From a virus: a DNA stretch of 64,000 nucleotides. Under the pieces are notes generated by a model. The model was not told the DNA's origin. It worked only from the letters and a program-made list of their open reading frames with translations, and searched no databases. The stretch lies in IMG/VR virus record IMGVR_UViG_3300017917_005108, positions 1 to 64,000 of that record; one strand, written 5' to 3'. Shown here piece by piece: positions 8,997 to 19,649 of the stretch; within the stretch, counting starts at the first letter, position 1; each line of letters opens with the position of its first letter. The position numbers and the translations under genes were made by a program.

Positions 8997-9854
8997 ATGG
9001 TAAATTGCGATAAAGAGTATTTGATTGTTGTAGGTGACAGTAATAGTTATGGTTCAGAATCAATAGTAGATGGGGATATGGACAGTAGAGAAAATATAAA
9101 CAATTGTTATGGATTTTTTTTAGCAGAAAAATTAGGTATTAAAAAAGAAAATTATCATAATTTGTCTTTACCGGGAGCATCTAATCTCTATATAAGTAAA
9201 AAGGTAACAGAATCTTTAGCCTATTTTGAAGAGAAAAATATAGATTTTAGTAAATTGTTAGTAATTGTTGGTTGGTCAGAGCCAACTAGAACAACTATTA
9301 CATTTCCCGGGGAAAAAACAGCTCAAGTTTCCCTATTTCTTTATAACTTATTCTATAAAGTAACTCTTACAGAGCTGTTAACTAAAAAAAGCAAGACTCC
9401 TAAATCAGTTGAGTTTGAATATGATAAAGAGATATACAAAAAATATCTCTCAAAGTGTAAGGAATATCCCTATTATGAGTCTCTTATTAAAGGACTAGGA
9501 TTATATTTTCTAAACTCTGATCTTGCTTTATATCAGGATTTAATCTTAAGACGTGGTGTTGTGGGTATACTTGAAAATAAAGGTATTAATTATTTTTCTT
9601 TTCCTACAATAAGAGAGATTTATTTTAAAAACTACTTTGATATAATTAATACTTTCTCTATTAAAAATAATATATTTACTTTTAAAAAAAATAAGTACTT
9701 TTTTAACTCAAAAAGCCATGCATTAAATTTTTGTTTTTTTGAAAAATTTAGTAAGTTCGGAAGAAGTTCTGTTGCAGGGCACCTAAAGCGTGAAGCGCAT
9801 AATGAGGTTGCAGAGTTTATTTTTAATGAGCTTAGAGCTAGAAAAATTATTTAA
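8997..9854 (+). CDS. SGNH/GDSL-like hydrolase or acyltransferase
   Basis: VVGDSNSYG, NLSLPGASN, VIVGWS, C-terminal GHL...H. Confidence 0.7.
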   Translation: MVNCDKEYLIVVGDSNSYGSESIVDGDMDSRENINNCYGFFLAEKLGIKKENYHNLSLPGASNLYISKKVTESLAYFEEKNIDFSKLLVIVGWSEPTRTTITFPGEKTAQVSLFLYNLFYKVTLTELLTKKSKTPKSVEFEYDKEIYKKYLSKCKEYPYYESLIKGLGLYFLNSDLALYQDLILRRGVVGILENKGINYFSFPTIREIYFKNYFDIINTFSIKNNIFTFKKNKYFFNSKSHALNFCFFEKFSKFGRSSVAGHLKREAHNEVAEFIFNELRARKII

Positions 9855-10618
9855 ATTAAAGCATTATTGTAATATGGATTGAGCGGTATAAACTTTTGCA
9901 AAATAGACATTTTTTCACTAAAATTATCAATTTTGTGCAATTTATTAAAAAGTAAATAGTTAACAGGATGAATTATTAAGCCATCTTTAGATATATCAAA
10001 AAATTTATAATTTTTATTTTTACCCAAGTTTAATATTGCGGCATTATTTAAATTGCAATGGTAGCCAATGGTTACATCTTCTTGATAGAATGGACATACA
10101 TTTTTTTTAAAGCTTTCTACTATTTTTACTGCAATTTGTCTACTTAAAAAATAGCATCCACCTACAGCATATTTGAAATTTCTATTATAGCCTGTATAGC
10201 TATTAAATGTTATCTGTGAATTTTTAGTTTTTAGTTTATAGTATTTTTCTGAATTTTTTAATCTTTTTTTGTGTTTATTAAAGCTCGTTATTATTCCTAT
10301 ATAATCTCTTCCTTTAAAATCTAATTTAGATAATACATCTAAATCTAAATATGTATCATCATCTACTTTTGCAATATAATCAAATCTTTTTGCAGAATTT
10401 AATGCATGTTCAATCATTTTAATAACTTTATATTTTATAGAAATATAGCTATCTTCTACATTAACGAGAATATATGGTAGATTAACATTTATACTATCAT
10501 TTTTACCGAGAAAAAAGTTAAATTCATACCCACTTTTAGAATAATATTTTATTAAAGACTTATGCTTATGTAAATTATTTTTATGCGTAATAATACCTAA
10601 ATAAATATTTTTATTCAT
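9851..10618 (-). CDS. GT31/Fringe-like glycosyltransferase
   Basis: FDYIAKVDDDTY, YAVGGCYFLS, EDVTIG, IIHP. Confidence 0.8.
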   Translation of the reverse strand: MNKNIYLGIITHKNNLHKHKSLIKYYSKSGYEFNFFLGKNDSINVNLPYILVNVEDSYISIKYKVIKMIEHALNSAKRFDYIAKVDDDTYLDLDVLSKLDFKGRDYIGIITSFNKHKKRLKNSEKYYKLKTKNSQITFNSYTGYNRNFKYAVGGCYFLSRQIAVKIVESFKKNVCPFYQEDVTIGYHCNLNNAAILNLGKNKNYKFFDISKDGLIIHPVNYLLFNKLHKIDNFSEKMSILQKFIPLNPYYNNALI

Positions 10619-10702
10619 TTACTATATTTTTAATACTTAGCCTTCTAATTACTAGAAATCAATATAACTAGACTTCTAAATTTTTACTTATAAATTATAT
10701 AA

Positions 10703-12103
10703 ATGAGTGGTTTTTTAGTCACTAATAAAAATATAAATGATAATAATTTAGAAAAGGTAAATTTTTTTTTAAAAAAAAGAGGACCAGATGAAACTACATT
10801 TTCTAATTACGATGATTTATCTATTATCTTTAATTTAAACAACATAAGCAATAATATATGTAGGTATCCGTTTATTCGTGATAATATTTTAATTTTACTT
10901 GACGGAGAAGTCTTTAATTATAGAGACATTTATAAAGAATCTAACTCTTGTTGTGAAAGCATTTTTCATAATTACAAAAACAAAAGAAAAAATTTCTTGA
11001 ATGGTATTGATGGTGAATATGCTATTGTTTTAGTTGATTTTAATAAAAATTTAATCTACGCTACTACAGATTTATTTGAAACAAAACCATTATATATAAG
11101 CATTCAGGATGAAAGCTTTGGAATCAGCTCTCTTCCTAGTGCACTTAAAGCACTTGGATTTAAAAAAATAAAAAATTTTAGAAGTAATTGTGCTCTTGAG
11201 TTTAATCTCAAAAATAAAAAAATTCAAGATATGTATAGTTATTATAAATTTGATATTAATAATGAGCACAAAAAACATTTTGAAGACTGGCATATAGCTT
11301 TTGAAAATGCTGTAAAAAAAAGAGTATCATCTTTGCTACCCACAAGTAATATATGCTTGTCTCTGAGTGAGGGCTATGATAGTGGAGCTGTCGCTGCTAG
11401 TTTTAAGAAGTTTGATATATCTTGTTTTTATTTCTCTTACATTACTCAATTGAATAACCCTGAAGTTTTAAATTATAGACATGATATTGATACTAATCTT
11501 CCTTTAAATAAGAATGGTGAATTATTTATAAGCCCAAATTTTAAAAATAAAAAATTAATACCTATCGATGATAAAACATTTAATATTAGCAAAGCATTAT
11601 ATAAAAGCTTAAATGAAAGTTTTTATTATATAACTTACTTAAATAACGGTACTTTAGTTAAGCGCAAAGGTGATAATCATTTTATGACGTTCATTTATTA
11701 TAGTTTTTATAATTTTATAAAGAATAATAAAATAAAAGTAGGATTTACTGGTATTTCTGGTGACGGAGTAGCATACCCTAACGTAAATGAAATAATTAAA
11801 AAATATAATAGCATACTGCCTATTGCAAACGGCGGAGCAGGAAGCAATCTTCAAGCAAGTATAATATTTGGTAATTTAGGTGTTGAAAGTAGATCTCCTT
11901 TTACAGACCCTGCGCTTCTTCAGGAAAGTCTATGGATGGATAAGAGTGTTTATAGAAATGAAAATAATAATTTAAAAGCCCCTATTCATGATTATCTAGA
12001 AAAAGAAAAATTTCCATTTTATTCTAGAGACAAAACCGGTAAACTAAAGCATGAAAAATATGGATTTGGAAATTACTTAAACTTTAACATTTTATGTGAC
12101 TAA
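10703..12103 (+). CDS. Asparagine synthetase-like amide ligase (degenerate Ntn domain)
   Basis: RGPD, DGEVFNY, IDGEYAI, KPLY, LSLSEGYDSG PP-loop, TGISGD, GVESRSPFTD; N-terminus MSG rather than MCG. Confidence 0.8.
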   Translation: MSGFLVTNKNINDNNLEKVNFFLKKRGPDETTFSNYDDLSIIFNLNNISNNICRYPFIRDNILILLDGEVFNYRDIYKESNSCCESIFHNYKNKRKNFLNGIDGEYAIVLVDFNKNLIYATTDLFETKPLYISIQDESFGISSLPSALKALGFKKIKNFRSNCALEFNLKNKKIQDMYSYYKFDINNEHKKHFEDWHIAFENAVKKRVSSLLPTSNICLSLSEGYDSGAVAASFKKFDISCFYFSYITQLNNPEVLNYRHDIDTNLPLNKNGELFISPNFKNKKLIPIDDKTFNISKALYKSLNESFYYITYLNNGTLVKRKGDNHFMTFIYYSFYNFIKNNKIKVGFTGISGDGVAYPNVNEIIKKYNSILPIANGGAGSNLQASIIFGNLGVESRSPFTDPALLQESLWMDKSVYRNENNNLKAPIHDYLEKEKFPFYSRDKTGKLKHEKYGFGNYLNFNILCD

Positions 12104-12837
12104 TGAATTTTAAATCTTTTTTATTAAGCAATCAGGTCTCTACTTTTTTTAATAAGTATAAAAATATTATTGGTAATAATAATACCTTAGCTGTATTAAT
12201 TTCAAAAAATTATAAAAATAAAAGCACAATTTCTACTAAAATATACTGTGAACTGAGAGATAATAATGTAGATATATATAAAAACTTTTTTACAGATACA
12301 TTATTAATAGAACAGCTATTACCTTTTTGGAATAAAGATAGAGAATCTAGTCTTTGTGTTGGGTTAAAATATATAGAGAGTGAGAAAATATATGTTCCGT
12401 ACTTCCATATAAAATTTAATTATAATAAAATTATTAATTTAAATATCTATAAACCCGAAAAAAGTATATTACCAGAAAATAACCTTAGAGGGATATCTAT
12501 TGAATTTTACAAAACACCTGTCATTAAAAAATATTTTTATTATAACAGCATTTTAGAAAAAGAATTTTTTTCAAAAAAATTTAAATTACATCAACTTCCA
12601 TCTCATTTTGAATATACAGAGTACAATAATTTAAATAAAATGATATTTGTTTATGAAAATAATACAAATATAAAAACAACAACAAATATTTTAAAATTAA
12701 AAAACAAAAAAATTAATTCAGATATAAAATCTACCTATAAATTGTATAAGGTATTACCTTGCTTTTATGGAAAATATATCTCTGATGATGTTACCAGTGT
12801 TTACTGGTCTTTAACAAAGAAGAAACTATTATTTTAA
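12103..12837 (+). CDS. Hypothetical protein
   Basis: 244-aa ORF coupled to upstream stop (TAATG). Confidence 0.6.
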   Translation: MNFKSFLLSNQVSTFFNKYKNIIGNNNTLAVLISKNYKNKSTISTKIYCELRDNNVDIYKNFFTDTLLIEQLLPFWNKDRESSLCVGLKYIESEKIYVPYFHIKFNYNKIINLNIYKPEKSILPENNLRGISIEFYKTPVIKKYFYYNSILEKEFFSKKFKLHQLPSHFEYTEYNNLNKMIFVYENNTNIKTTTNILKLKNKKINSDIKSTYKLYKVLPCFYGKYISDDVTSVYWSLTKKKLLF

Positions 12838-13592
12838 GTATTAAACCATTGCTTGTCAAAGTTAGTACTACCGTCAGTTATCCTAAAATCTAAAGAAAAT
12901 CTTTTGCCTGTCGTAGTGTTTGTACTACCATGAAGAACATCGCTTCTAAAAATAACTGCATCTCCTTTATTCATATTATTTGCAACCCATGTAGTACTCA
13001 TTTCAGCAGGAGTAATATCTATTTTTGCATCTTGCCATGAACTTGAGGGGTTAACTGAATTAAAAGATGATTTAACTTTATCTATATAAGTCTGCAGGTT
13101 AGTGTTGCTCTCATCTGGTTTTACTAGGCAGAGAACACCATTATTCACTTCTAAGTCTTCTAGTGCAACCCAAATTGTATAAAAATAAGAATTTTGAATA
13201 AAGAAAAACCTATCACAATGCGGATAAGTACCGTGTGTATTTTGTGTTTTTCTTACCCATAAATGGTTTGATAGTACGGGATCTTTTAGAAATTTAAAAG
13301 ATTCAAACAAGGGACTATTTTTGATAGAGAAGTATAAATCAACGTCTGTATCAAAGAAGTATTGTTTTTGAAATTTAAATGTATCTTTAGCTTTGGAAAT
13401 ATTTTTAAAATAAAACATTCTTTTATCGTCTTCGAATTGCTGAATTATTTTTGTTAATTGAATATTGGATACATCCAGAGCATTTCTTAAATATACAAAG
13501 CTATTTTTTAAAAGATAATCATGATAATCAAAAAGTGTATAAAAAGGAGCATTTTCTATACTTACTTCGTCTCCAAATATTTGGGCATTCAC
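12834..13592 (-). CDS. PhyH-like 2OG-Fe(II) dioxygenase
   Basis: HCD...H triad, TIWVALED...NGVL, KGDAVIF...LHGS..N...RFSLDFR. Confidence 0.85.
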   Translation of the reverse strand: MNAQIFGDEVSIENAPFYTLFDYHDYLLKNSFVYLRNALDVSNIQLTKIIQQFEDDKRMFYFKNISKAKDTFKFQKQYFFDTDVDLYFSIKNSPLFESFKFLKDPVLSNHLWVRKTQNTHGTYPHCDRFFFIQNSYFYTIWVALEDLEVNNGVLCLVKPDESNTNLQTYIDKVKSSFNSVNPSSSWQDAKIDITPAEMSTTWVANNMNKGDAVIFRSDVLHGSTNTTTGKRFSLDFRITDGSTNFDKQWFNT

Positions 13593-13639
13593 TATATATT
13601 ATTTATTTTGTTTTTAAATATTATCTATTAAGTAATTGC

Positions 13640-14596
13640 ATGATTTATGTTGGTGATTTAGAAGCAGATTTGCATGAAAAGTGTAATTTAAAGTGCGTAC
13701 AGTGTTCACATAGTTCTCCTCATAGTAATTCAGATGATAAAAATTATAGTATTGAAGCATTTAATAAAGATTTAAATATATTATCAAAACATCTTCATAG
13801 TAGAGTTTTTAGAATTGTAGGTGGCGAGCCATTACTTAATAAAAATTTAGTAAAATTTATAGAAAATATTAAAAATGTAAAAATATCAGATAAAGTTTCT
13901 ATGTTTACTAACGGTCTATTAATTAGTAAAACGGATCCCAGGGTTTTTGAATTGCTTGATGAAATTAGAATTAGTGTTTACGATCTAGAGCCACAAAAAA
14001 TGATAGCTATTAAAAATAATATAGATTATTTAAAACAGTTTAAAAATTTAAATGTTGAATATAATTGTTTAAAAACATTTTTAGTTTTTAATATTGTTGA
14101 AAAAAATAAAAATCAAGAGTTAGTTAAAAAAATATTTGATAATTGTTATCATAAAAAAGACTCTTATAGTATTTTTAATGGTAAATTTTATAGGTGTTTT
14201 GCTGCGCGTAAAAAATATAATTTTTTGTCAAAACATAAAGAATTGGTAAAAGATGATTTTGAATACCTTAGAGATAACAAGCAAGACTATCTAAATATAG
14301 ATAAAAATGTAACGGAAGAATCATTGAAACAATTTATTTTTAATGATAATCCTTTATCAGCTTGTGCATGGTGTTTAGGCTGTTCTGGTAAAAAAATAAA
14401 AAATTATCAAATTAATCAAAGTGAGCCTGAGTATATAGGTACACTTGAGGACATAAATTTTAATGAAGGCAGCTCCTATGTAAGCAATTGTCTTTTGAGT
14501 TGGCATAGAAAAAAAGTTGAAGAGCTTAATAAGGATGAATTCTATAATTACGACTCTTTAAAAAGCTATAAAAAATCACATAGTACTACTTTTTAA
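13640..14596 (+). CDS. Radical SAM protein with C-terminal Cys-rich (twitch-like) domain (start revised to ATG 13640)
   Basis: CNLKCVQC, GGEPLL, FTNG, C...GKFYRC...CAWC; TAAGTA-N5-ATG. Confidence 0.9.
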   Translation: MIYVGDLEADLHEKCNLKCVQCSHSSPHSNSDDKNYSIEAFNKDLNILSKHLHSRVFRIVGGEPLLNKNLVKFIENIKNVKISDKVSMFTNGLLISKTDPRVFELLDEIRISVYDLEPQKMIAIKNNIDYLKQFKNLNVEYNCLKTFLVFNIVEKNKNQELVKKIFDNCYHKKDSYSIFNGKFYRCFAARKKYNFLSKHKELVKDDFEYLRDNKQDYLNIDKNVTEESLKQFIFNDNPLSACAWCLGCSGKKIKNYQINQSEPEYIGTLEDINFNEGSSYVSNCLLSWHRKKVEELNKDEFYNYDSLKSYKKSHSTTF

Positions 14597-15925
14597 TGAA
14601 GAAATGACTCCATCCAGCCTTGACTGATAATATGTCTTGAATTTAAATTTACTTAAAAACTTTATTATTTCTTCTTTTTTACTTTCAGCAAGCGTATAAA
14701 TCGATACTTCTGGTAGTAGAGAAGCTGATACTTCTGTAATTTTATCCTTTAAATTAAAATACGATACGGTATCTTTAACACCATTTTCGTGAATACCTTT
14801 TATACGTCCTCCTAAAGGCCCTCTAACTGTGTTTATAGAAAGATCTATATTATACTTTATACAAAATTCTATAATATTGGGTAATTCATATATGTTTTGT
14901 ATCATTGGACAAAAAGCTATTCCTGCAACACGGTTTAAATCATTAAAAAAATTAAAAGTTTCTAAAACTGTTTTTAAATTACCGTTTTTACGTATAAATG
15001 AATAGGTATTTTCATTTAGTGAGTCAAGACTAAAAATAAGTTTAAAATTTGGCAATGAGAGTACAGTTTCTTTTACTTTGTTATTTAAAATTGAACCATT
15101 AGTTGTTGCAAAAACATTAATATTGGGGTTCAAATTTAAAATTTCATTCCAAATTTTGTAATATATAGGAGTTAAAAATGGCTCACCGCCTAAAAAATTA
15201 CATACCTTTAAATGAGGTATAAACTCCTTAAGTTGATCTACAAAATTATTATCATAAACTTGTTTAAGCGGGTCTAATTTTTCTCTGTTTTTTCTTATAG
15301 ATGAAGAAAAATATCCACCGCACATAATACATTCATAATTACAAATATTAGTAATTTCAAATTCAAAAACTGATGGAAATTGGTTATTAGTATAATTAGA
15401 ATAAAAATCAAACTTATGTAGTAAGGAATTTTTAAAATTACCCGTTTTAATCTGATTAAAACATAAATCACATCCTTTTGAAAAATCAAACTCAGCTAAA
15501 CTTTTTCTCATATGATCTAGATAAGCACCAAACCAGACTTCTTTTATACTGTTTTTTGGAAAAGATCCTAAGCTAAACGATCTACTATAACAGCAAACAT
15601 TAATATTACCTGTTTTATCAAAATTTAGAGTAGTGTAAGGAGCATTACATATATATTTTCTTGAACTATGATTAGCATTAAAATACTTTTTAGCTAAAAT
15701 TTTATTGTTGAGCTGTGTAATAATTGTGGAACCTATTTTATCAGTAGAAAAATTTTCTAAAACAAAGTTGAAGTCGCTTACCCCACTATAATTTACCAGA
15801 TCAATAAATTGAGTAAAAAAAACTTTTAATTCTAAAGTATTATTATTTAAAGTTTTATACTTTTTAAAATAATCTTTTAAATCGTTTAATTTTTTTCTGT
15901 TTGCTGCGGTGAGGTTAAATGTCAT
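14576..15925 (-). CDS. Radical SAM protein with N-terminal twitch/SPASM-like domain
   Basis: CNAPY...GNINVCC...CDLC then CNYECIMC, GGEPFL, TTNGS, FSLDS. Confidence 0.92.
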   Translation of the reverse strand: MTFNLTAANRKKLNDLKDYFKKYKTLNNNTLELKVFFTQFIDLVNYSGVSDFNFVLENFSTDKIGSTIITQLNNKILAKKYFNANHSSRKYICNAPYTTLNFDKTGNINVCCYSRSFSLGSFPKNSIKEVWFGAYLDHMRKSLAEFDFSKGCDLCFNQIKTGNFKNSLLHKFDFYSNYTNNQFPSVFEFEITNICNYECIMCGGYFSSSIRKNREKLDPLKQVYDNNFVDQLKEFIPHLKVCNFLGGEPFLTPIYYKIWNEILNLNPNINVFATTNGSILNNKVKETVLSLPNFKLIFSLDSLNENTYSFIRKNGNLKTVLETFNFFNDLNRVAGIAFCPMIQNIYELPNIIEFCIKYNIDLSINTVRGPLGGRIKGIHENGVKDTVSYFNLKDKITEVSASLLPEVSIYTLAESKKEEIIKFLSKFKFKTYYQSRLDGVISSLKSSTM

Positions 15926-17079
15926 ATAAAAAATTCTGTAAAAATATCTTTAAATTTTATATTACTATTATTATCTTTTTCATTAATTTTACTAAAAAAA
16001 GTTTTAAGAGTTGTTTCTTTTGGCTTATCTAATAATTTAATTATTTTAAAAATTTTACTTTTCGGAAGCATTTTATTTGCATATGAATTATTTACATCAG
16101 ATAGAAATTCAATGTATTTTGTAAGCTTTTGTTTAACTAAACATTTTGTTTTATCAGGAAGAACATTTAAAAAATAATGTTTTGGAGATGACAAAATATA
16201 ATAACGTAAATTATCCTTACTAAGTAATTTTTCGTTATACCATTTATAATGAAAATCTGGTAATGTAAAGATATTCATATTAGTGATAACTGCCTGCACC
16301 ATAAATTTAATATTAGAATATTTTAATAATTCTATTCTATTTTTTTCTATATCACGCCATTTAGTTCCTTTTCTTATGTATTCTGCTCTTTCACCGTATG
16401 TGTCTAAGCTAGCTATAACCGTTGCGTTATTAAATTTATTTAAAAGCTCTAAAATTTCATTATTTAAAATACTTAAATTTGTTATAAAATTTATTTCTAC
16501 GTTTAAATTATTAGTGTTATACAGATGTTTTATCATTTCTAAGTATCCTTTCTGTAGCATTGATTCACCTGCTGCAAAATTAATAACTTTTATTTTTTTG
16601 CTAAATTGTTTAAATAAATCTAATTGAGCTTTCAAAGAAACAAAGCTTTTTAAAAGCTTATTAGAATTATTTGCTTTTTCTTCATAAAACATAGTACTGT
16701 ATTTAAAATTACAATACATACATTTAAAATTACATAAGTTTGACTCGTTGATGCTCCATACAATAAAATTTTCAAAAAATGTACCATCAAATGCAGTTTG
16801 CGCAAAATATTCATTTTTTTTATTTAAAATTTCTTCATTTAAAAAATTATTAATAGGTTGTGGTCCAGCAAAACAATGATTAAAACACTCTTTGCACGGG
16901 GTATTTTTAGTAAACGATACCCTTAATTTTTTTAAAACCTCTGAATTCCATAATTCATTAACATTGTCAGAGGTTTTTCCTACTAAAAATTTTTCATTTC
17001 CTGCTAATTTACAGCATGGGTAGACACTACCATCAGAATGATAAAACATATGTACCCAGGGCAATAAACAACTATTCAT
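15922..17079 (-). CDS. Radical SAM protein with N-terminal twitch/SPASM-like domain
   Basis: CLLPW...GSVYPCC...CKECFNHC then CNFKCMYC, AAGES, ITNLS, YIRKGTKW. Confidence 0.92.
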   Translation of the reverse strand: MNSCLLPWVHMFYHSDGSVYPCCKLAGNEKFLVGKTSDNVNELWNSEVLKKLRVSFTKNTPCKECFNHCFAGPQPINNFLNEEILNKKNEYFAQTAFDGTFFENFIVWSINESNLCNFKCMYCNFKYSTMFYEEKANNSNKLLKSFVSLKAQLDLFKQFSKKIKVINFAAGESMLQKGYLEMIKHLYNTNNLNVEINFITNLSILNNEILELLNKFNNATVIASLDTYGERAEYIRKGTKWRDIEKNRIELLKYSNIKFMVQAVITNMNIFTLPDFHYKWYNEKLLSKDNLRYYILSSPKHYFLNVLPDKTKCLVKQKLTKYIEFLSDVNNSYANKMLPKSKIFKIIKLLDKPKETTLKTFFSKINEKDNNSNIKFKDIFTEFFI

Positions 17080-18313
17080 AATTTAAAACTTTAAATTCTG
17101 GAAAAACATTACATAAATTTATCTTTCGTGATGCATCAAGTTTTTTATTAAAATCAATAAAACCTCTAAGTTGATTGCTTTTATCTTCTTTAAACATGTA
17201 TGATATAAAATTTTTATATTCTTTTACGCTTTTATCGTGGTAAAAATTATATATACCATCTTCTTTTATTGACTCCAACCATTTTATATGCGAATTATAT
17301 TTTTCTGCAATCTTAACTTTTAATAAAGCAGGTAACAGTTGAACTGTGTGATCATCTTTAAATACAGGATTTAATCTAAATCTATTTGCTTTAATATAAC
17401 CTTTATTAAAAAATTCTCTATGAAGGTCAGGAACATGAAGTGCATTAATAGCACTTACAGCAGTATAAAGGTGTAGCTCTACTTGTGGAGCTATTTCTAA
17501 AAGATCTTGTATGTTTTGCTCAATAGTTGCCCATAATCCAGCGTTATCATAGCCTCTTATATATTGATTACATTCTCTTAACCCATCGATACTCATTAAA
17601 ATAATAACTTTTTTAAAGCAGGATAATTTCTTAAAAATATCTACACCTTTAAAAAACCTGGTGCTCATGTTTGTATTATATAAAAGATGAACATCTAGAA
17701 TATTATTATCAATAAGGTAGTTTAAAACATCAATATTTTCGCTTGTGAGAAATGGTTCACCAGCTGAACTCATGTGTATAAGTTTTGCATTCTTAAGTTG
17801 AGGTTTAATTTGATTTAAAAATTTTTGTTTTAATTCTGTTGAAATATTGTAGAAATTAACATCAATTTTTTTGTTAAAAAGTTCCTCTGATTCTTTTATC
17901 CAACTACTACTTCTCTCTGGCTCGCACATTCTACACTTAAAATTACATAAATTAGTAAAACTAAGATGTATATATTTTTTTGGTAGTTTAAAAAACAAAT
18001 TTTCAATTACATATTTTTTAATAAATTCTTTAAAATAATAATTACCCCAATTTCTGGGTGATTTATATCCTATATCCTCATACATTTTGCACATTTTACA
18101 GCAATTTAAAAAATTTTTTTTTCTGCTTCTGCTTTTCATTAGTAATTTAATTCTAGAGAAAAAAGTATTTGTTTCTATTTCTTCAGCATTTAGCTTAAAT
18201 AAGCTATTTTTTTCAGAAAAGGTAAACTCCTTTCTCCACATGCATGGGCAAGGCGAGTAGTACCCGTGTAGATTTCTAAATCCTATCCAAGGAAATATGC
18301 AGAATTTTGCCAC
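17072..18313 (-). CDS. Radical SAM protein with N-terminal twitch-like domain
   Basis: FCIFPW...SPC...CKMC then CNFKCRMC, AGEPFL, YNTN, MSIDG. Confidence 0.92.
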   Translation of the reverse strand: MAKFCIFPWIGFRNLHGYYSPCPCMWRKEFTFSEKNSLFKLNAEEIETNTFFSRIKLLMKSRSRKKNFLNCCKMCKMYEDIGYKSPRNWGNYYFKEFIKKYVIENLFFKLPKKYIHLSFTNLCNFKCRMCEPERSSSWIKESEELFNKKIDVNFYNISTELKQKFLNQIKPQLKNAKLIHMSSAGEPFLTSENIDVLNYLIDNNILDVHLLYNTNMSTRFFKGVDIFKKLSCFKKVIILMSIDGLRECNQYIRGYDNAGLWATIEQNIQDLLEIAPQVELHLYTAVSAINALHVPDLHREFFNKGYIKANRFRLNPVFKDDHTVQLLPALLKVKIAEKYNSHIKWLESIKEDGIYNFYHDKSVKEYKNFISYMFKEDKSNQLRGFIDFNKKLDASRKINLCNVFPEFKVLNYE

Positions 18314-18362
18314 AGAAATATTTACATGCTTTATAGTTGTTTACTAGCTGATAAATATAACT

Positions 18363-19649
18363 GTGAAGGTTACGGAAGAACAAAAACAATTCTTAATACA
18401 AAAAAGCAATATTTTCTGTCTTTCACCTTTCATGGGTAATAAACAATATTTTAATTACTTTTCACCTTGTTTGTCTGAATGGAGAGATCACCATTTTGTG
18501 GAAGACAACGATTTAAAAATATATGATGCTAATGAGATTATTAACTTGGAAAAATACAACAAACTGCGTCTTGCAATGCTAAAAAATGATACAACTTGTA
18601 AAGAATTAGATAGATGTAAAATGTGTAAAATGTTTCAATCTGCCGGATCTAGATGTTCTAGAGAATGGAGTAATTATTATTATGCTGATATTTTTGATGA
18701 AATATTAGATAATATAGATGATGATGGTTCATTAAAAGACCCAAATAAAATTTATTATGTACATCTTTCTTATACAAATACATGCAATTACAAGTGTAGA
18801 TATTGCGAACCGGAGCGCTCAGGTGCACTAACAAGCGAATTTAAAGCTTTAAAGAAAAATATTAATTATACAGTAGATACAGAAAAAAAAGATTTTTTTA
18901 AAAAACAATTATTTGAAAAATGGAAGCCAAAGCTACTGTCTACCAGGCTGATACATTTTACCTGTAGTGGCGAAGCATTATTGACCCAGGAAAATATAGA
19001 TGTAATGAATTTTTTAATTGAAAATAATAAAACAGATGTTCATTTACTATATAATACAAACTTATCTGTAAGAACATTTAATAATGTAGATATTTTTAAT
19101 CTGTGGAGCAAATTTAAAAAAGTAATAGTTTTAGTTTCTGCAGAAGGTTTAGATCCTTACAATAAAATTATTAAAGGTTCACCTTGTTCATTCAAAACAG
19201 TAGAAGAAAATATAAAAACTCTACGCACAATGCCTAATATTGTTTTAAATGTTCATGCAACTTACGGTGCACATAATATGTTACATCTTCCTTACTTTCA
19301 TAGATATTTATACGAACAAAAATTAATAAAAGCTAATGAATTTTATTTAAATCCTTTATTTCAAGACCCTGAAAGCGTACAAATTTACCCTCAATATATG
19401 AAGAAAAAGACAGAAGCAGTATTTTTAAAGCATATAGAATGGTTAAACTCAATAAATGAAGAGGGTATAGTAAATTTTTATTTTAATAAAAGCAATATAG
19501 AATATGAAAATGCTATTAAATTTATGTACTCTGCTGATAAAACAAATTTAATAAAAGATTATATACAGGGTTATATAGATATAGATAAATTTAGAAAAAC
19601 AGATTCTTTTGTTCTCGAAGAGTTAAAGCTTTTAAAGATGCACACTTGA
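18363..19649 (+). CDS. Radical SAM protein with N-terminal twitch-like domain (paralog of 17072..18313)
   Basis: FCLSPF...SPC...CKMC then CNYKCRYC, SGEALL, YNTN. Confidence 0.92.
   Translation: MKVTEEQKQFLIQKSNIFCLSPFMGNKQYFNYFSPCLSEWRDHHFVEDNDLKIYDANEIINLEKYNKLRLAMLKNDTTCKELDRCKMCKMFQSAGSRCSREWSNYYYADIFDEILDNIDDDGSLKDPNKIYYVHLSYTNTCNYKCRYCEPERSGALTSEFKALKKNINYTVDTEKKDFFKKQLFEKWKPKLLSTRLIHFTCSGEALLTQENIDVMNFLIENNKTDVHLLYNTNLSVRTFNNVDIFNLWSKFKKVIVLVSAEGLDPYNKIIKGSPCSFKTVEENIKTLRTMPNIVLNVHATYGAHNMLHLPYFHRYLYEQKLIKANEFYLNPLFQDPESVQIYPQYMKKKTEAVFLKHIEWLNSINEEGIVNFYFNKSNIEYENAIKFMYSADKTNLIKDYIQGYIDIDKFRKTDSFVLEELKLLKMHT

Noticed and set aside
13451-13639. N-terminal extension of the first rSAM in the ORF track
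   Set aside because: Overlaps the opposite-strand dioxygenase; ATG 13640 has the conserved start signal
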